Source: Nemertoderma westbladi (Eukaryota; Animalia; Xenacoelomorpha). From it: a stretch of DNA of 64,000 nt. The stretch is taken from assembly GCA_032718475.1 (NCBI GenBank), contig JAUCBJ010007936.1, positions 124,001 to 188,000 of the forward strand. The letters run 5' to 3'. The translations under genes and the position numbers were made by a program. Below the pieces are notes generated by a model. That model made no database searches, was not told the DNA's origin, and saw only the letters and a list, made by a program, of their open reading frames with translations. Shown here piece after piece: positions 33,994-46,499 of this stretch (positions within the stretch are counted from its first letter, which is position 1; every line of letters begins with the position of its first letter).

Positions 33994-35730
33994 TTCTATA
34001 TAAGCTATACGAGAGTTGTTGTCGGAGATTGGGGCTTCGCTGGGTATATCTTAAGATGTGATCGGGGCCCCTACTGGTAGTATAACATCGGAACTACTAC
34101 TGGGTCGATCGGCTCGGCTGATGTATCATGCAATGGGGCTGTTGCTAATAGGAATGGCTCCCATTCCCGTGGGTCTTCATAGACTGTAAACTGGGGCTCG
34201 CTAGGCTCATCTTCCTCCTGTAACCTACCCAGGGGGGGCCGAGAATCCAGTGGTCACGGATGATCTAAATCTGTCTGCTTCGGGGGTATCCTGTCTCTAT
34301 TATATGGAGGCAGGTCCAGCAGCGCCACTCTAACAGCTCTCTTTCATCTGCTTCGAGAGTGGCTACCACTTTCACTAGCGTTGGTGGAGTTTCCTTCATC
34401 CGATGAAGCATAAGTCCCTTTATGCGGCCTAGGCCTACCTAGGCTGTTTGAACATACCTTTTCCTTATGCTGATTTTCACTTAATCTTTTTAGTTATATT
34501 TTGTTTCGTAAAGCTATATCAGCTTCCACACATTCGTTTTCCAGTTGTTCGGCGCGCTTACTGATTTCTTTCTTGCGCTTTCTTGGCGTGCTTTCTGTTA
34601 CTTACTGATTTCATTACGCAGCTGGTTTGCGTTTAACTGCAACTCCAATTCTAAGATTTCCTTATCAGCCATATGCTCCTCCACTTGTTCCCGTCTATCA
34701 CGCTCAGCGTCTATCTCGTCTAGAACTGCCATTGATTCAGGGCTAGAGGGGGTCAAACCCTTTAACCTCCTACGCAGTTCAGCCTCTCCTACTATATCTC
34801 TATAGGGTCATAGGTATCAGGATATTGCATCCATGTCCTCACCTCTCTGGAATCTTCTGAGTCAGTATTTAGGTTGCCATGTGCTATGGTGCCCAAACAG
34901 TCTATGTCCGCACCTGGGGGAATGGTCGGTCCATGCAGTCTTTCAAGTCTACTAGCTACTTCCTGAAAGGCGGATAAAACTAGCCTGATTCAGCAAACTA
35001 TTTCCTTAACCTTAAAATATGCAGCTGGGTTTGTCCTAGGGTCAGGCTGCACGGTATGTAGATCATATGTGAGTGTCCCTGTATGCTGATTGAACTCAGC
35101 CACATGGCCATAAACTAAAGCGGATAGTTCTTCTGTGCTGCATGGAACCTGGGGAACCTTGAGTTTGTATAGATCTGCAAATGCCATATCATTAAACCTA
35201 AAGAACTTGTGAAGTTCCGGCTGGGATGATATAAGTTTATTAGGTAATGTAATTCTTCCCCATAAATTCCCTGTTCAGAGGCTACAGTTCCGGTTGTTAC
35301 TTTCTCCCAGTAACTATCAATTTCCTCTAGCAAGTAAGCTAGCCTAACTTGCGGGTGAATGGGAATTGCTTCATCCGCAATAATCTGTAAAAGGGTGTTG
35401 ATAATCAGGGTGTGTGATTCCTCGTTTCTGTTGGGTGAGGGGGCAAACATAATGGGGGATGTGTTCATTACTAGTAGTGATGGTGAGCTCACTCTAGTTT
35501 GGACAACACTAGCTATGGGTGGATCTACATTCAAATTGTCTGCAATCCCTCCAGTAAATTGCCTAGTCCTAATGCGGGACCTGTCCCAAGATTTCATGCT
35601 GCGGACAGGTGGTGCAACCTGCTCAATGGAGGGGGGAATGTCCGTATGGGGGGCAGCTGTGACTGATGGGTGGTAAGCAAAAGGTTCAGTATCAATATCT
35701 GACTCGTATAATGTGAACAATAAATAAGTT
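33994..35730 (-). mobile_element. Continuation (gag-side remnant) of Bel/Pao element C beyond the LINE insertion
   Basis: Resumes after the duplicated TTCTATATA target site of the RTE LINE; broken minus-strand ORFs (35115-35720, 34990-35187, coiled-coil-like 34500-34800). No LTR recognised; right boundary approximate. Confidence 0.55.
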
Positions 35731-35853
35731 ACAATGTTATTGAAGTCCCAGTGGGGTAACGTAATCGTAGTAAAATTATAATTAATTATTAATTAATAAA
35801 ATAATAAAATAATAATAAATATAATAAATAAATAAATAATAAATAATAATAAA

Positions 35854-36146
35854 ATAATTAATTAAGAGGAACGTTTCGATTTATTACATTAAACCATCAT
35901 CAGCCAATACTACAGTAAGATACATAAAGTTTAAATTACATTCTAAATTATTAATATTACTGCAAAATATGTGAAAACATTACAATACGAGAAGATATAG
36001 GAGCCTATCTCGTATTGTAATGTTTTCACATATTTTGCAGTAATATTAATAATTTAGAATGTAATTTAAACTTTATGTATCTTACTGTAGTATTGGCTGA
36101 TGATGGTTTAATGTAATAAATCGAAACGTTCCGCTTAATTAATTAT
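35854..36146. repeat. Near-perfect palindrome (139-bp arms, 15-bp spacer), probably inverted Penelope-like pseudo-LTR ends
   Basis: 35854-35992 is the reverse complement of 36008-36146 with one mismatch; each arm contains a hammerhead-like core. Confidence 0.85.
36090..36135 (+). ncRNA. Putative minimal type I hammerhead ribozyme (mirror copy on minus strand at ~35865-35910)
   Basis: CTGATGA - stem II GGTTTA/TAAATC - GAAAC followed by GTT (self-complementary AACGTT stem III); stem I very weak. Confidence 0.55.
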
Positions 36147-37294
36147 GCTACATGAACCTCTGTACAGTAACAAGCCTCAGATGGTAAATGGTTAGGCCTG
36201 CCATAACATGGAAAACATTTGATTATATACATACAGTTAAGATGGGAACAACCAATAAGGCGTAAGAATGCTAGAAAGTGTGACAACCACTAGGAGTTCA
36301 GTACTATGATAAACGATGCCGGGCAATGGATAAACAAGATTAACGATGGCATATGGCACGGATTGGACACAAAATATTATGCACACAGAAGTGGAAAAAT
36401 TATCTGACAAAAATATAAGATTTCGATATGCAGTTAGCGTGTGCATCAAAAAGTGGAGCAGTTGTGATGCTTGACAGTTGGTCCTGGAGATGCTGTTCCA
36501 CAGTATGATTAACATCCCGAGGTACTTGGGTTTATCACCCAGTTTTTGGTCTTGGCTTGGACCATGAATGACAGGGTGGCTGACTTCCCAGCTGGTCCTG
36601 AACTAATCATCAAGCAAGCTTATAGTAGCGCCTTTTTTGGCTTTTCCTTTGGTATCCTGAAAGCATCCATAAGTTGTAAATAGCCGCAAGTTGTGCTTGT
36701 GGGATTGTATGGTCCCAGGCTTGACTGTTCCATCGACCGCAGTACATGTTTTATGTTGTCTAAAGAGACAGGCTCCATTATCTCCCACGCAGTTTCGTTT
36801 ATTTGGGCTGGAGTTCTTTCTGTTAAAACATATACTGTAAAAGGTTACAATTATCAGTTAATAATTTATGTGATTTATTTTATGAAATAAAATAATTCAA
36901 TTAAAATCTGAACCCGCCACCCCCATCCGCAGTATGTAACATATTTTACTATCGTTTTATTCCCAATAAACGTCAACGTTTGTTAGTAGATCCTGCATGT
37001 AGGTTGGCCTGGGCACATCATCTGGACGAAGTAGCCGTCACACTCATAGCATTCTGGTCTGCAATCACACTGCAAATTAGTAATGAAATAGTATTATTAT
37101 ATTATATTAATTAAATCGGCCCATCTTTTTTCCTTTTATTTTTCCTTTTATTTCTTAAAAAAATTTTTTTGGGGGGGTGTGGGTGGGGGGATTATGGATT
37201 TCAATACCGGAAGTACTAGAAAACCTAGATACACATTTGTTTCAATTATAGTTTGGCCTTCTCTAGATATTTTCAACCTTATTCTACTCTGTAC

Positions 37295-38553
37295 TAGTGT
37301 GGTGCGTTTTTTACTTTTTTTTCGATTTCATTGTTCTACCGGTGCACAAAAGTTGCAAAATGGTAAAAAAATAAGGCATAAAAATAAAAATAAAAATTTC
37401 CTTAAATTTCGTCTATATCTTCACGGATCCCAAGAGGGCTGAAATTTTGAGCCATCGCGATGCACCATAATGAAATTTATAACAATACAACACATTGATG
37501 AAATATCAATGACTCAAGAAAGAACTTCATGCATGCATCAAATGTCATCAAATGGGTCCAAACTTAGTTAGAAACCAAAATTTTGATTTTGGGACCAATG
37601 GAAGTAGTGCCACAGGCACATGACCAAAACCTACTCTTTGGCGCAAGTACCTCTTATTCTCAATTTTGGTGACGGACAACTTTTAGTTCTCCCATGGCAT
37701 TAATAGTAGGCTCATTAGAACCGCAATGACCGATTTAGTGGGGGTAGACACCATCAAAACAAGCATAGAGCGAATAGTTCTTGAGGTATTACAGAAAATG
37801 TTAAGTCCGACACAAGTCAACATTACCGCCTTGATGATTTATAGACAAATACACAAAAATCTTACTTCTAGTTATCTTAAGGCATTAAAAATATACACAT
37901 CACTGCAACAAATTGATTTAGTGTATACAGACACCTTCAAACTTAAAGATTAGTGATTAATTCACTATAGTTTTTGTACAAAATGTGTGGGATGGGTCAA
38001 CTCAATATCAAGTATTAATTGGTGGACATAGTCTTGACATTTTGTAAAATAACTCAAGAACTAATGACTCTACTCTTATTTTGAAGATGTCTACACCCAC
38101 TATATCGATCATTTCTGTGATGTGTCTATTTTTGAATCCTTGAGATAATTCAAAGTATCATTTTTAGTGTATTTGTCCATAAGGGTTGAAATGGGTTGGA
38201 TTTACTTTACTGTATTTGAACCATAGAAAAATAGTTTTCAGTCCATATGTACCTGTTTGTGCTTTAGAGGCCTGAATCAAAATGTAAGAACAAAAATAAG
38301 CAAAGTCTCTGATCTCCGGCTCTGGTCTCCGGTATTTTTCAAAATATTTCTCCGGGTAGGTCTCTGGTTCACCGGGATTAAGAAAAACAGGTGTCTGTTG
38401 CAACTCTAGGGTTGTCTATTACGGTACTATTAATATTAATCCCTTCTAACGTATCACAGTCAGTTAAAGAAATCTTTTTTACCATATTTGGCAACTTTTG
38501 TGCACCGGTAGAACAATGAAATCGAAAAAAAAAGTAAAAAACGCACCACACTA
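37295..38553. mobile_element. Non-autonomous hAT-like element (MITE)
   Basis: ~62-bp TIRs TAGTGTGGTGCGTTTTTTAC.../...GTAAAAAACGCACCACACTA; 8-bp TSD CTCTGTAC/CTGTGTAC (1 mismatch); no coding capacity. Confidence 0.8.
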
Positions 38554-38864
38554 CTGTGTACTGTATGTCATACATTCACTCTGGTCCTAGCATTCACTTA
38601 CTGATTAGTGTCTATCAGACTATTGGTGTGATTATCAGTTATTGTAGCTGCATTTATACTATTATCTTAGGTGTTGGTAAGATTAGAACTGTCAATGTAT
38701 GCTATCAACCAATGAGTTTCTGACCTAGTTTCATCTTATGTTATTATACGATTATGTACATTAACTCCTCCCTAAAGGCCGCTTGTCGATTTTTATGTAA
38801 AAGATACAATGCCGAGATAACATGACGTAGTGGCCGGTTTCTGTCAGTAACACTTCCCCCGAAA

Positions 38865-39040
38865 CAGGGAACAACTCATATAGAAATACCTCATATATAG
38901 GGAACACATCATATATAGGGGACACCTTATATATAGAGAACACTTCATATATAGGGGACACCTTATATATAGAGAACACTTCATATATAGGGGACACCTT
39001 ATATATAGGGAACACATCATATATAGGGGACACCTTATAT
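38865..39040. repeat. Minisatellite, 18-bp unit / 36-bp dimer (ATATATAGGGGACACCTT / ATATATAGAGAACACTTC)
   Basis: About nine directly visible units. Confidence 0.9.
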
Positions 39041-39555
39041 TGGGACAGTAGTAAGTGAAGTGGAATCTATTTTAGTTACACTATCTACTATATTCTACTG
39101 TACTGTATCTATTCTTACTACTCCACTGTACTTTATCTATTCTTACAACTGTAACACCCTACTGTATTGTATATATTGTTACTACTCTACTGTACATACA
39201 CCCTACCTACTGTCTTTGCTTTGCTACCGGTACTGTAAACTTTTCTATAATTTGTTCAGTAATTTTTCATTATTGTACTAAACTTAGTTAAATTAGCAGT
39301 CTGCCCAACCCTGTAACTGTAGTTTATAGATAGATACACTTAGGGAGTTTGAGTGGTGGAGGGAAATTCAAAAACGAGAGAAACACAGTTAGAGACTAGG
39401 TATATATTACCGGTACTAGCGTAGTGTGAGTGTGACTGTTATGTTACGCGCTGTCCAGCAGTAGACTGGGCAGCACCATTACACCGTATATTAATTACTG
39501 AACGAATATATATTGTACTATGTTTATGTAATTTATGGACCTTTTATATACAACA

Positions 39556-39573
39556 TGGCGCAGTGTGTAGGAT
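39556..39573 (+). promoter_or_regulatory. Primer-binding site TGGCGCAGTGTGTAGGAT (tRNA-Ser-like)
   Basis: Starts TGG immediately after the LTR; resembles the complement of eukaryotic tRNA-Ser 3' ends; identical 18-mer at 59889-59906. Confidence 0.75.
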
Positions 39574-39802
39574 TGCTGGAATGTCTATAATGGCGGAATG
39601 GAAGTATAACTAAATACAGGAATTCTGAAATCCTGGATCCACGCAATATCTGATTTCTGAAGTTAAGCAGATGTAACTGTGAGTTAAAGAAGGCTATATA
39701 ATATACTTAAAATATATTATATAATAGTTTATTTTTCTTGCCGCTAAACTGTCAGATATTGACGTCAATAATTTAATCGTTCATTAAAATAATTACATAC
39801 GG

Positions 39803-42800
39803 ATGGAAAAACTGAAAAACTCAAGAAGGGCTCATAAAGGTTATTTAAATGCCAGTGAACACGATTTCCACCAGAAAGCGGCTCAAATTCAAATGCCTTA
39901 CAACGAGGATGATGTCGCAACACTGGAAATCGCCCTTAATGAGTTGGTCAACCGTTGGGAACGGTACAGTGAAGCCAACTTCCACGTGGTGGAATACCAG
40001 GATATTCCACAACCGGAGGAGGATGAATATTTTTCTAAAATGCATTCTTCGGTAATGGAAGCAAAATTTTTTACTGGAAAAGTAAAATAGAAATTTGGTT
40101 TCAATTGAGAATCCGATACAGACTGGTCCACCAGTTGTATCCGGATCCAGGCCCAGTTCGTCAACTCCAAAGCGGACTGTTAGGGCTCCGCCATCCCTAG
40201 AAAAAGGGATAGACTTGAGAGAATTTGACGAATGGATGGAAAACTGGAATGATTATTATCTGTTGGCACATTTAAAGGATTGTTCCAGGGAGACGCAAAT
40301 TGCAACTCTACATCAACTTTTTTCACCAGGCTTCACAAACATGGTGAAATATGTGGCCGGAATAGATAGAGATAAAATCTCTGGGACTGAGGAAATGTTA
40401 AACCTTATCAGAAAACATCTGAAATCTGTAAGAAATCCTAATGTAGATTGGCAAAAATATTTAACTCACCGCCAAAATCATAGAAATATTTCTGATTATT
40501 ATGCCAGTTTACTTTATTCTGCGGAATATGTGGATAAGGTTGATAAACAAACTCTCAATACTGCATTATTCGTCCTCGGCCTCGATGATAATGATCTCCG
40601 GCGATGAATTATAGAGAAAGTACCTCCTCTTGATTTATTGGGTGCCTACCAATTTGCTCAGGCTAATGAAGTAGCTGAGGCGGGTAAATCTACATCACTA
40701 AATTCCCAGTCCGCAATAGCAGGAATCAAAAACAAATCTGAGTACAAAAAGGGTAAATTTAAACAAAAAGAGCAAAACAAAACAAATTTGATAACTAACT
40801 CTTTAAATGACGAAAAACCTATTTTGAAAACTAGCAATGACTTTGAAAGATGCAGCCGTTGTGCCTATCCTAAACATGTTGATAATACTATATGCCCTGC
40901 AAAGGATCGCAACTGCATTTCATGTGGAAGAAAGGGCCATTTTCAGTCAGTTTGTAGAAATAAAAACAAAAATATATCTGGGATACGTCGTGTAGCAAGT
41001 ACAAACTATTGTACAAATTCACATACAGTTGATATTTTGGTAAAAGACGTAGATACCGGGAAAAAACTTGCTATTGTTCCAGCTTATGCTGATAGTGGAT
41101 CAGATGACACTGTTGCTGGGAACGGTTTTCTATTTGCAATTGGAAAATCGAAAGTTATGTTGGGTCCACAAGGAGAGAAGTTACAAAATGTGAATAGGGA
41201 TTATTTAGACCAAGCTGGAACTATCACTGTAATTTTAGAATTGGAAGGAATATCAGTAAAATCTACTATAATAATTTGTTACGATGTTGATGATTTTTAC
41301 TTATCAAGGAATATGTGTAAACAACTTCATTTAATTCATAAAGATTTTCCCAGGCCATTACCACCTCATCTATTCATGGCAAATATCTCAAAAACCGAGA
41401 ACAATCTAAATAATACAACAATATCTAATACAACAATTACAAATCAATATATATTTCCAATAGATGAAAGGAAGCGTTGGTTAGCTACATTGCCAATAAA
41501 CCCTACTGAGGCACAATGTGAGCCATAATCACAACACTAAAATCAATTTATGCAACTGTTTTTGACACTGGGGAGGAGTTAAAAACAATGACTGGTCCAG
41601 TAGTCGGCCACCCAATGAAAATATTGTTAAAACCAGACTTTGTACCTTTCAAAATAAAGGTACCAAGACAAATAGCATACGCATACCGGGAAAAGGTTAA
41701 GAAGGAACTTGACCATATCGTCGATATAGGTGTTATTATTCCTTTAGGGGATGAAAATGTTGAATGGTGTCATCCACTTGTGGTTGTCGATAAACCTGGA
41801 GGTGGCATACATATATGTGTGGATTTAACCAAACTTAATCGTCAGGTTATTAAAACATTTCATCCTATAAGAACACCAGACGAAGCAGTTGCAACAATTT
41901 CTAAAAACTCAAAGTGGTTCTCGAAATTAGACGCAACAAAGGGCTACTGGCAGATGGAATTGGAAACATCTAGCCAATATCTAACGACATTCATAACACC
42001 CCGGGGGCGTTATCGCTTCACAAGAGCTCCAATGGGGTTCATTAGCACTGGTGATTCATATTCATGGAGAGGAGATATTGCTTTCGAAGGTATTGACAAC
42101 TTTGTCAAAGTTGTTGATGATATGTTAGTGGATTCTGAGACATTTCCACTTCATATTGATAGCATATGTGAGGTTCTAGAACGCTGTGTAAAAAGTAATA
42201 TTACACTTAATCCAGAGAAATGCATGTTCGCTAAGAGAAAGATAATGTTTGTAGGTTATCTGATTAGCCACAATGCAATAGAAGCTGACCCCCAAAAAAT
42301 TGATGCCATAGCAAATTTTCCTATTCCAACTAATCGTACAGATTTACGTTCATTCTTGGGCTTGGTAAATCAATTAGGGCATTTCTCTTCTAATATATCT
42401 ACAATGGCTGAACCTTTGAGATGTGACTTGAAATCTAAAATGGCGTTCATATGGCTACCAGAACAACAAAGAGCTTTTGAAAATGTCAAGCAGGCTCTTG
42501 TATCGCCACCAATTTTGGCCCAATTTGACCCATCAGCACCGACGTCGCTTCATACTGATGCTGCACGAACTAGGGAATTTGGGAATGCCTTAATGCAACA
42601 ACAGAATGGACACTGGAGATTAATCCAATGTGGTTCACGTTTTCTACGGGATGTAGAAACTAGATATGCAACCATAGAACTGGAAGCTTTAGCTGTCTTA
42701 TGGGCAACACGCAAATGTCGGATATATCTTGCTGGTTTGGATAACTATAAAGTAGTAACTGATCATCGTCCTCTAATTCCAATCCTTAATCATTATACTA

Positions 42801-44269
42801 TGGATATGGTTGACAACCCAAGACTTAAGTCATATCTTGAAAAACTATCTGGATACAATTTTACCACTGTATGGAAAAAGGGTAGTGAACATCTTGTTCC
42901 AGATGCACTTTCAAGATCACCAGTATCAGATCCGGATGATACTGATAGTGATGTTGATACAACACGTAGAGTAACAGCTACTATACAAAGAATTGTTGAA
43001 ACAATTTCTGTGAGTACAGAAAACACTGACCCAGTCTTGGTTGAATTAAGTGACATAGGGTCAAATGACACAGACTATATCATATTGAAAGAATGTATAA
43101 TTAATGGCACTGTCAATGACAATAAATATGTTAAATCTTTTGATAAGATTTGGGGTGAATTAAGTGTCACTAATAACTTGGTTATGCGGGGGAACCGCAT
43201 AGTAATACCAAATAATGCTAAAGAATGGATACTTAAGAGACTTCATGCAGGTCATCTAGGTATTGTTCGATCTAAACAACGTGCAAGGCAAGTGGTTTAT
43301 TGGTTAGGAATGAATTCTGATCTTGAGAACTATGTAAGAAACTGTTCCGAATGTCAATTCCATCAAGCAAGCAATCCTCATGAGGATATGATTTCTGATA
43401 ATATTCCTAATACTTGTTTTGAGACTACAACTAGTGATCTGTTTTACAAAGACGGTTATCATTATTTAGTATATGCAGATCGTAAAAGTGGATATCCTTT
43501 TGTGTGTAGATTTGAAAGAGATCCATCATCTCAACAAGTGATAAATAAACTCTTACAATGGTTTGCAATAATGGGAATACCATACAAATTAAGATCAGAT
43601 TCAGGACCTCAGTACAACTCAGAGGCTATGAAGGCCTTTCTTAAGGAATATGGAGTTATATGGGAGCCCTCATCGCCACATTACCCTCAAAGTAATGGGC
43701 ATGCAGAGGCCATGGTCAAAATTATTAAAAGATTGGTTAGCAAAACATCTACTGATATTGTATCAAGGAAATTCCAAGATGGTTTAATGGAAATACGTAA
43801 TACACCAAAGTCAGATGGACTATCACCATCATAGATGTTGTTTGGACATAGTACTCGTACAAATGTACCTGTACATAAAGATGTATTAAATCCAATTACT
43901 ATAGAAAATGTGATAAATGCCGACAACATGAGAGAAGTTATATCAAAGAAAACCGAGGCACACTATAACCGAGATTCTAGAACATTACATCCAATACTAA
44001 GAGGTCAACATGTTTGTATTCAAAATCCCGACACAAAGAAGAGGGATCGAAATGGAGAAGTGGTGTGCTGTGATAATCACCGAACCTATACTGTCCGTCT
44101 ACAATCAGGGTCTTTTCTTAGACGTAACAGACGTTTTTTACGACTTATGGGATCAGGAGGGAAATTCAAACAAACATTTAAAGAATCTTCAGATTCAGAG
44201 ACAAGTGAGACAATCGTCAGACGAAAAAGTGATCGTGTAAAGAAGCCAACAAATTTTTATCAGGCATAG
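39803..44269 (+). pseudogene. Gypsy gag-pol (two zinc knuckles, protease, RT, RNase H, integrase), broken into five ORFs
   Basis: CSRC...H...C and CISCGRKGHF..VC; YADSGS; KLDATKGYWQ, VVDDML; TDAA, TDHRPL; SDLF, RSDSGPQY, PQSNGHAE. Confidence 0.93.
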
Positions 44270-44769
44270 ATCGATATTTATTAAACTCTTCAATTGATTG
44301 GTTCATATCTTTAGTTAAACTGTTGTAGATATGAACCAGGGGGCGTGTAGTATATAGATACACTTAGGGAGTTTGAGTGGTGGAGGGAAATTCAAAAACG
44401 AGAGAAACACAGTTAGAGACTAGGTATATATTACCGGTACTAGCGTAGTGTGAGTGTGACTGTTATGTTACGCGCTGTCCAGCAGTAGACTGGGCTGGGC
44501 AGCACCATTACACCGTATATTAATTACTGAACGAATATATATTGTACTATGTTATGTCATTTATGGACCTTTTATATACAACAGTAACCATACATATTGA
44601 TTATATAATCTAATATTTTCTAATTATTCTAGTACTTCATTATCAAGCGCATAATATTTGTTAATTTTGTTTACATTTGTCTTTATTTTAATTTAGGTCA
44701 TTTTCTGTAATAATTATAACAATTAATTAGTACCTACTGTAGTTGTTTTTTGGCTGATGATGTATATAA

Positions 44770-45599
44770 TAGATACAGAACAACTATACATCAAACCAGC
44801 AAATGCAGGGATTTTTATAAATTACCACAGCGCACACCCGAGATCGGTAATAAATAACTCCACAAGATATTCATTCTGGCGAGCCATCAACAACAGCAAC
44901 AAAAGCGAGGGCTACACACGGAGTACCCAGAAAGTCAAGGACGTCTTACTACAGAACGAGTTTCCAGCGAGAGTCAATAAAAAACTGCTAGTATCAGTTG
45001 AGAAACCACGGCGCAAATCACAACGACCTAAAGCAACAGAAGTTCAGAAGCTCCCAATCAGGCTTTCAAACATTAACGAAACGATAACTCGAGAAATTAG
45101 CAAAGTCATCAATAGAAGCACATTGAAAGAAATTACCCAGGCAGCTTACACACCAGGCACAGGCACAAAACTCAAACAGAAATTAATAAGATCAGCCCTT
45201 CACCCACCCAAATGCCCAGCACCGGCCACATGCCCCCTGTTACACCTGCAACATCAACATACCAAATTGTACAATCCGAAATGTCGTCTATGACTTAGAG
45301 TGTCCCCTTTGCCAATCCAGATACGTGGGCGAGACATACGACCAACTAAGAGTAAGACTCCGGCAACACTACAACAGCTTCAGGAGGGAAGACGATACGA
45401 TGATAGCATAATTCTAGAACACTACCACATGTTCCACCCAGAAATCGACCACAAGAACATAAAACAACCACTATTAGGCAAAGTGTTTCGAAAGAGCAGA
45501 GATTGGGCAGACCGCAAAATAACTGAAAAACTAATAATAAAAACAACAACACCCAGCATCAACACACATCACACCAACAACTTTGACACTGGATGGTAG
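44770..45599 (+). pseudogene. Penelope-like element 3' fragment (RT thumb plus GIY-YIG endonuclease)
   Basis: LYIKP....FINYHSAHP thumb motif (ORF 44757-45293); alternative frame NVVYDLECPLCQSRYVGET...RLRQH (GIY-YIG); RKITE..II..PSIN C-terminus. Confidence 0.85.
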
Positions 45600-46499
45600 A
45601 CTCTATGCTCTATATTCAATTTATATTTATACTTATATTTAAATTTATGGTTCAAAATTCCCGCCAGTTTCTCATAAGGTAGGTTTCACATAGGGGTAGC
45701 GCATTTTCTGACCAAAAAGACGAATTTTTGAAACATATCCTATCTGATGCAGAATTTCATGCTGAATCCAAATATGGAAACCGTTTTCCCATATCTTGCT
45801 TAGTTTTCGAGATATCTGGGATAGAAGATACTGGCTCCGATATATCACGATATCGGTAAGGCGATGAAGTTTGGGGTTTGCATTCAATTTCTGCAAATTT
45901 CTGTGCCCAGTGGTGCCAATGGGGTACAAATTCAAAACCAGATTAATTAGATGCAATAATATCACAGAAACACAATGGCGTTTACAGAATTCAATAAGAT
46001 GCTAAAATAGCCGAGATATTTGTGTTTTCAGTTTAAAAATTATTCAAAATATGAAATCGATCTGTGATTGGTCGTGACGTCACTATACGCCTCTGAATTC
46101 AATTTATATCAGCATTCAGATACCTAATACAATCTTTGTATAAATTGGGGCAGTTTGTTGCTGCAGGGACTGCTATATTAGTACTGTAGTACAGCAGTAC
46201 AGTGCAGCAGTCACCTGTACAAGCACTGCAGCATTGTATACTTGCTTATTTATATGGCGAACGGAGAGTAAACGGGACAACGGCAAGGCACAAGGAGGAG
46301 CGAACAGGGGTTCCTGGAACTGGAACAACGGCAATGGCTGAACGGCAAGGAGGAGCGAATACGGCGAATGGGAGTACCTGGAGCGGACCCGCGAGCCGGA
46401 ATGCCCAATGAGAATGTCCCATTAACACTAATTTGCATGATAATTTTTTTTTACATTATTGCACAATGGGACTACAATTGTAGTCAATTGATTCTAGTT

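Larger units (their letters stand above)
39318..44583 (+). mobile_element. Full-length Ty3/gypsy LTR retrotransposon (Mag-like), inactivated by stops
   Basis: ~238-bp TG...CA LTRs 39318-39555 and 44346-44583; TSD GTAAC (39313-39317, 44584-44588); PBS 39556-39573; PPT ~44338-44345. Confidence 0.95.

Noticed and set aside
36237-36890. Possible host exon(s)
   Set aside because: Short ORFs without recognisable motifs or consistent splice structure; probably another decayed TE fragment.
38761-39033. Repetitive 90-aa ORF
   Set aside because: Translation of the 18-bp minisatellite.
45670-46440. Possible DNA-transposon end and 5' end of another LINE
   Set aside because: No partner TIR, TSD or diagnostic protein motif found.
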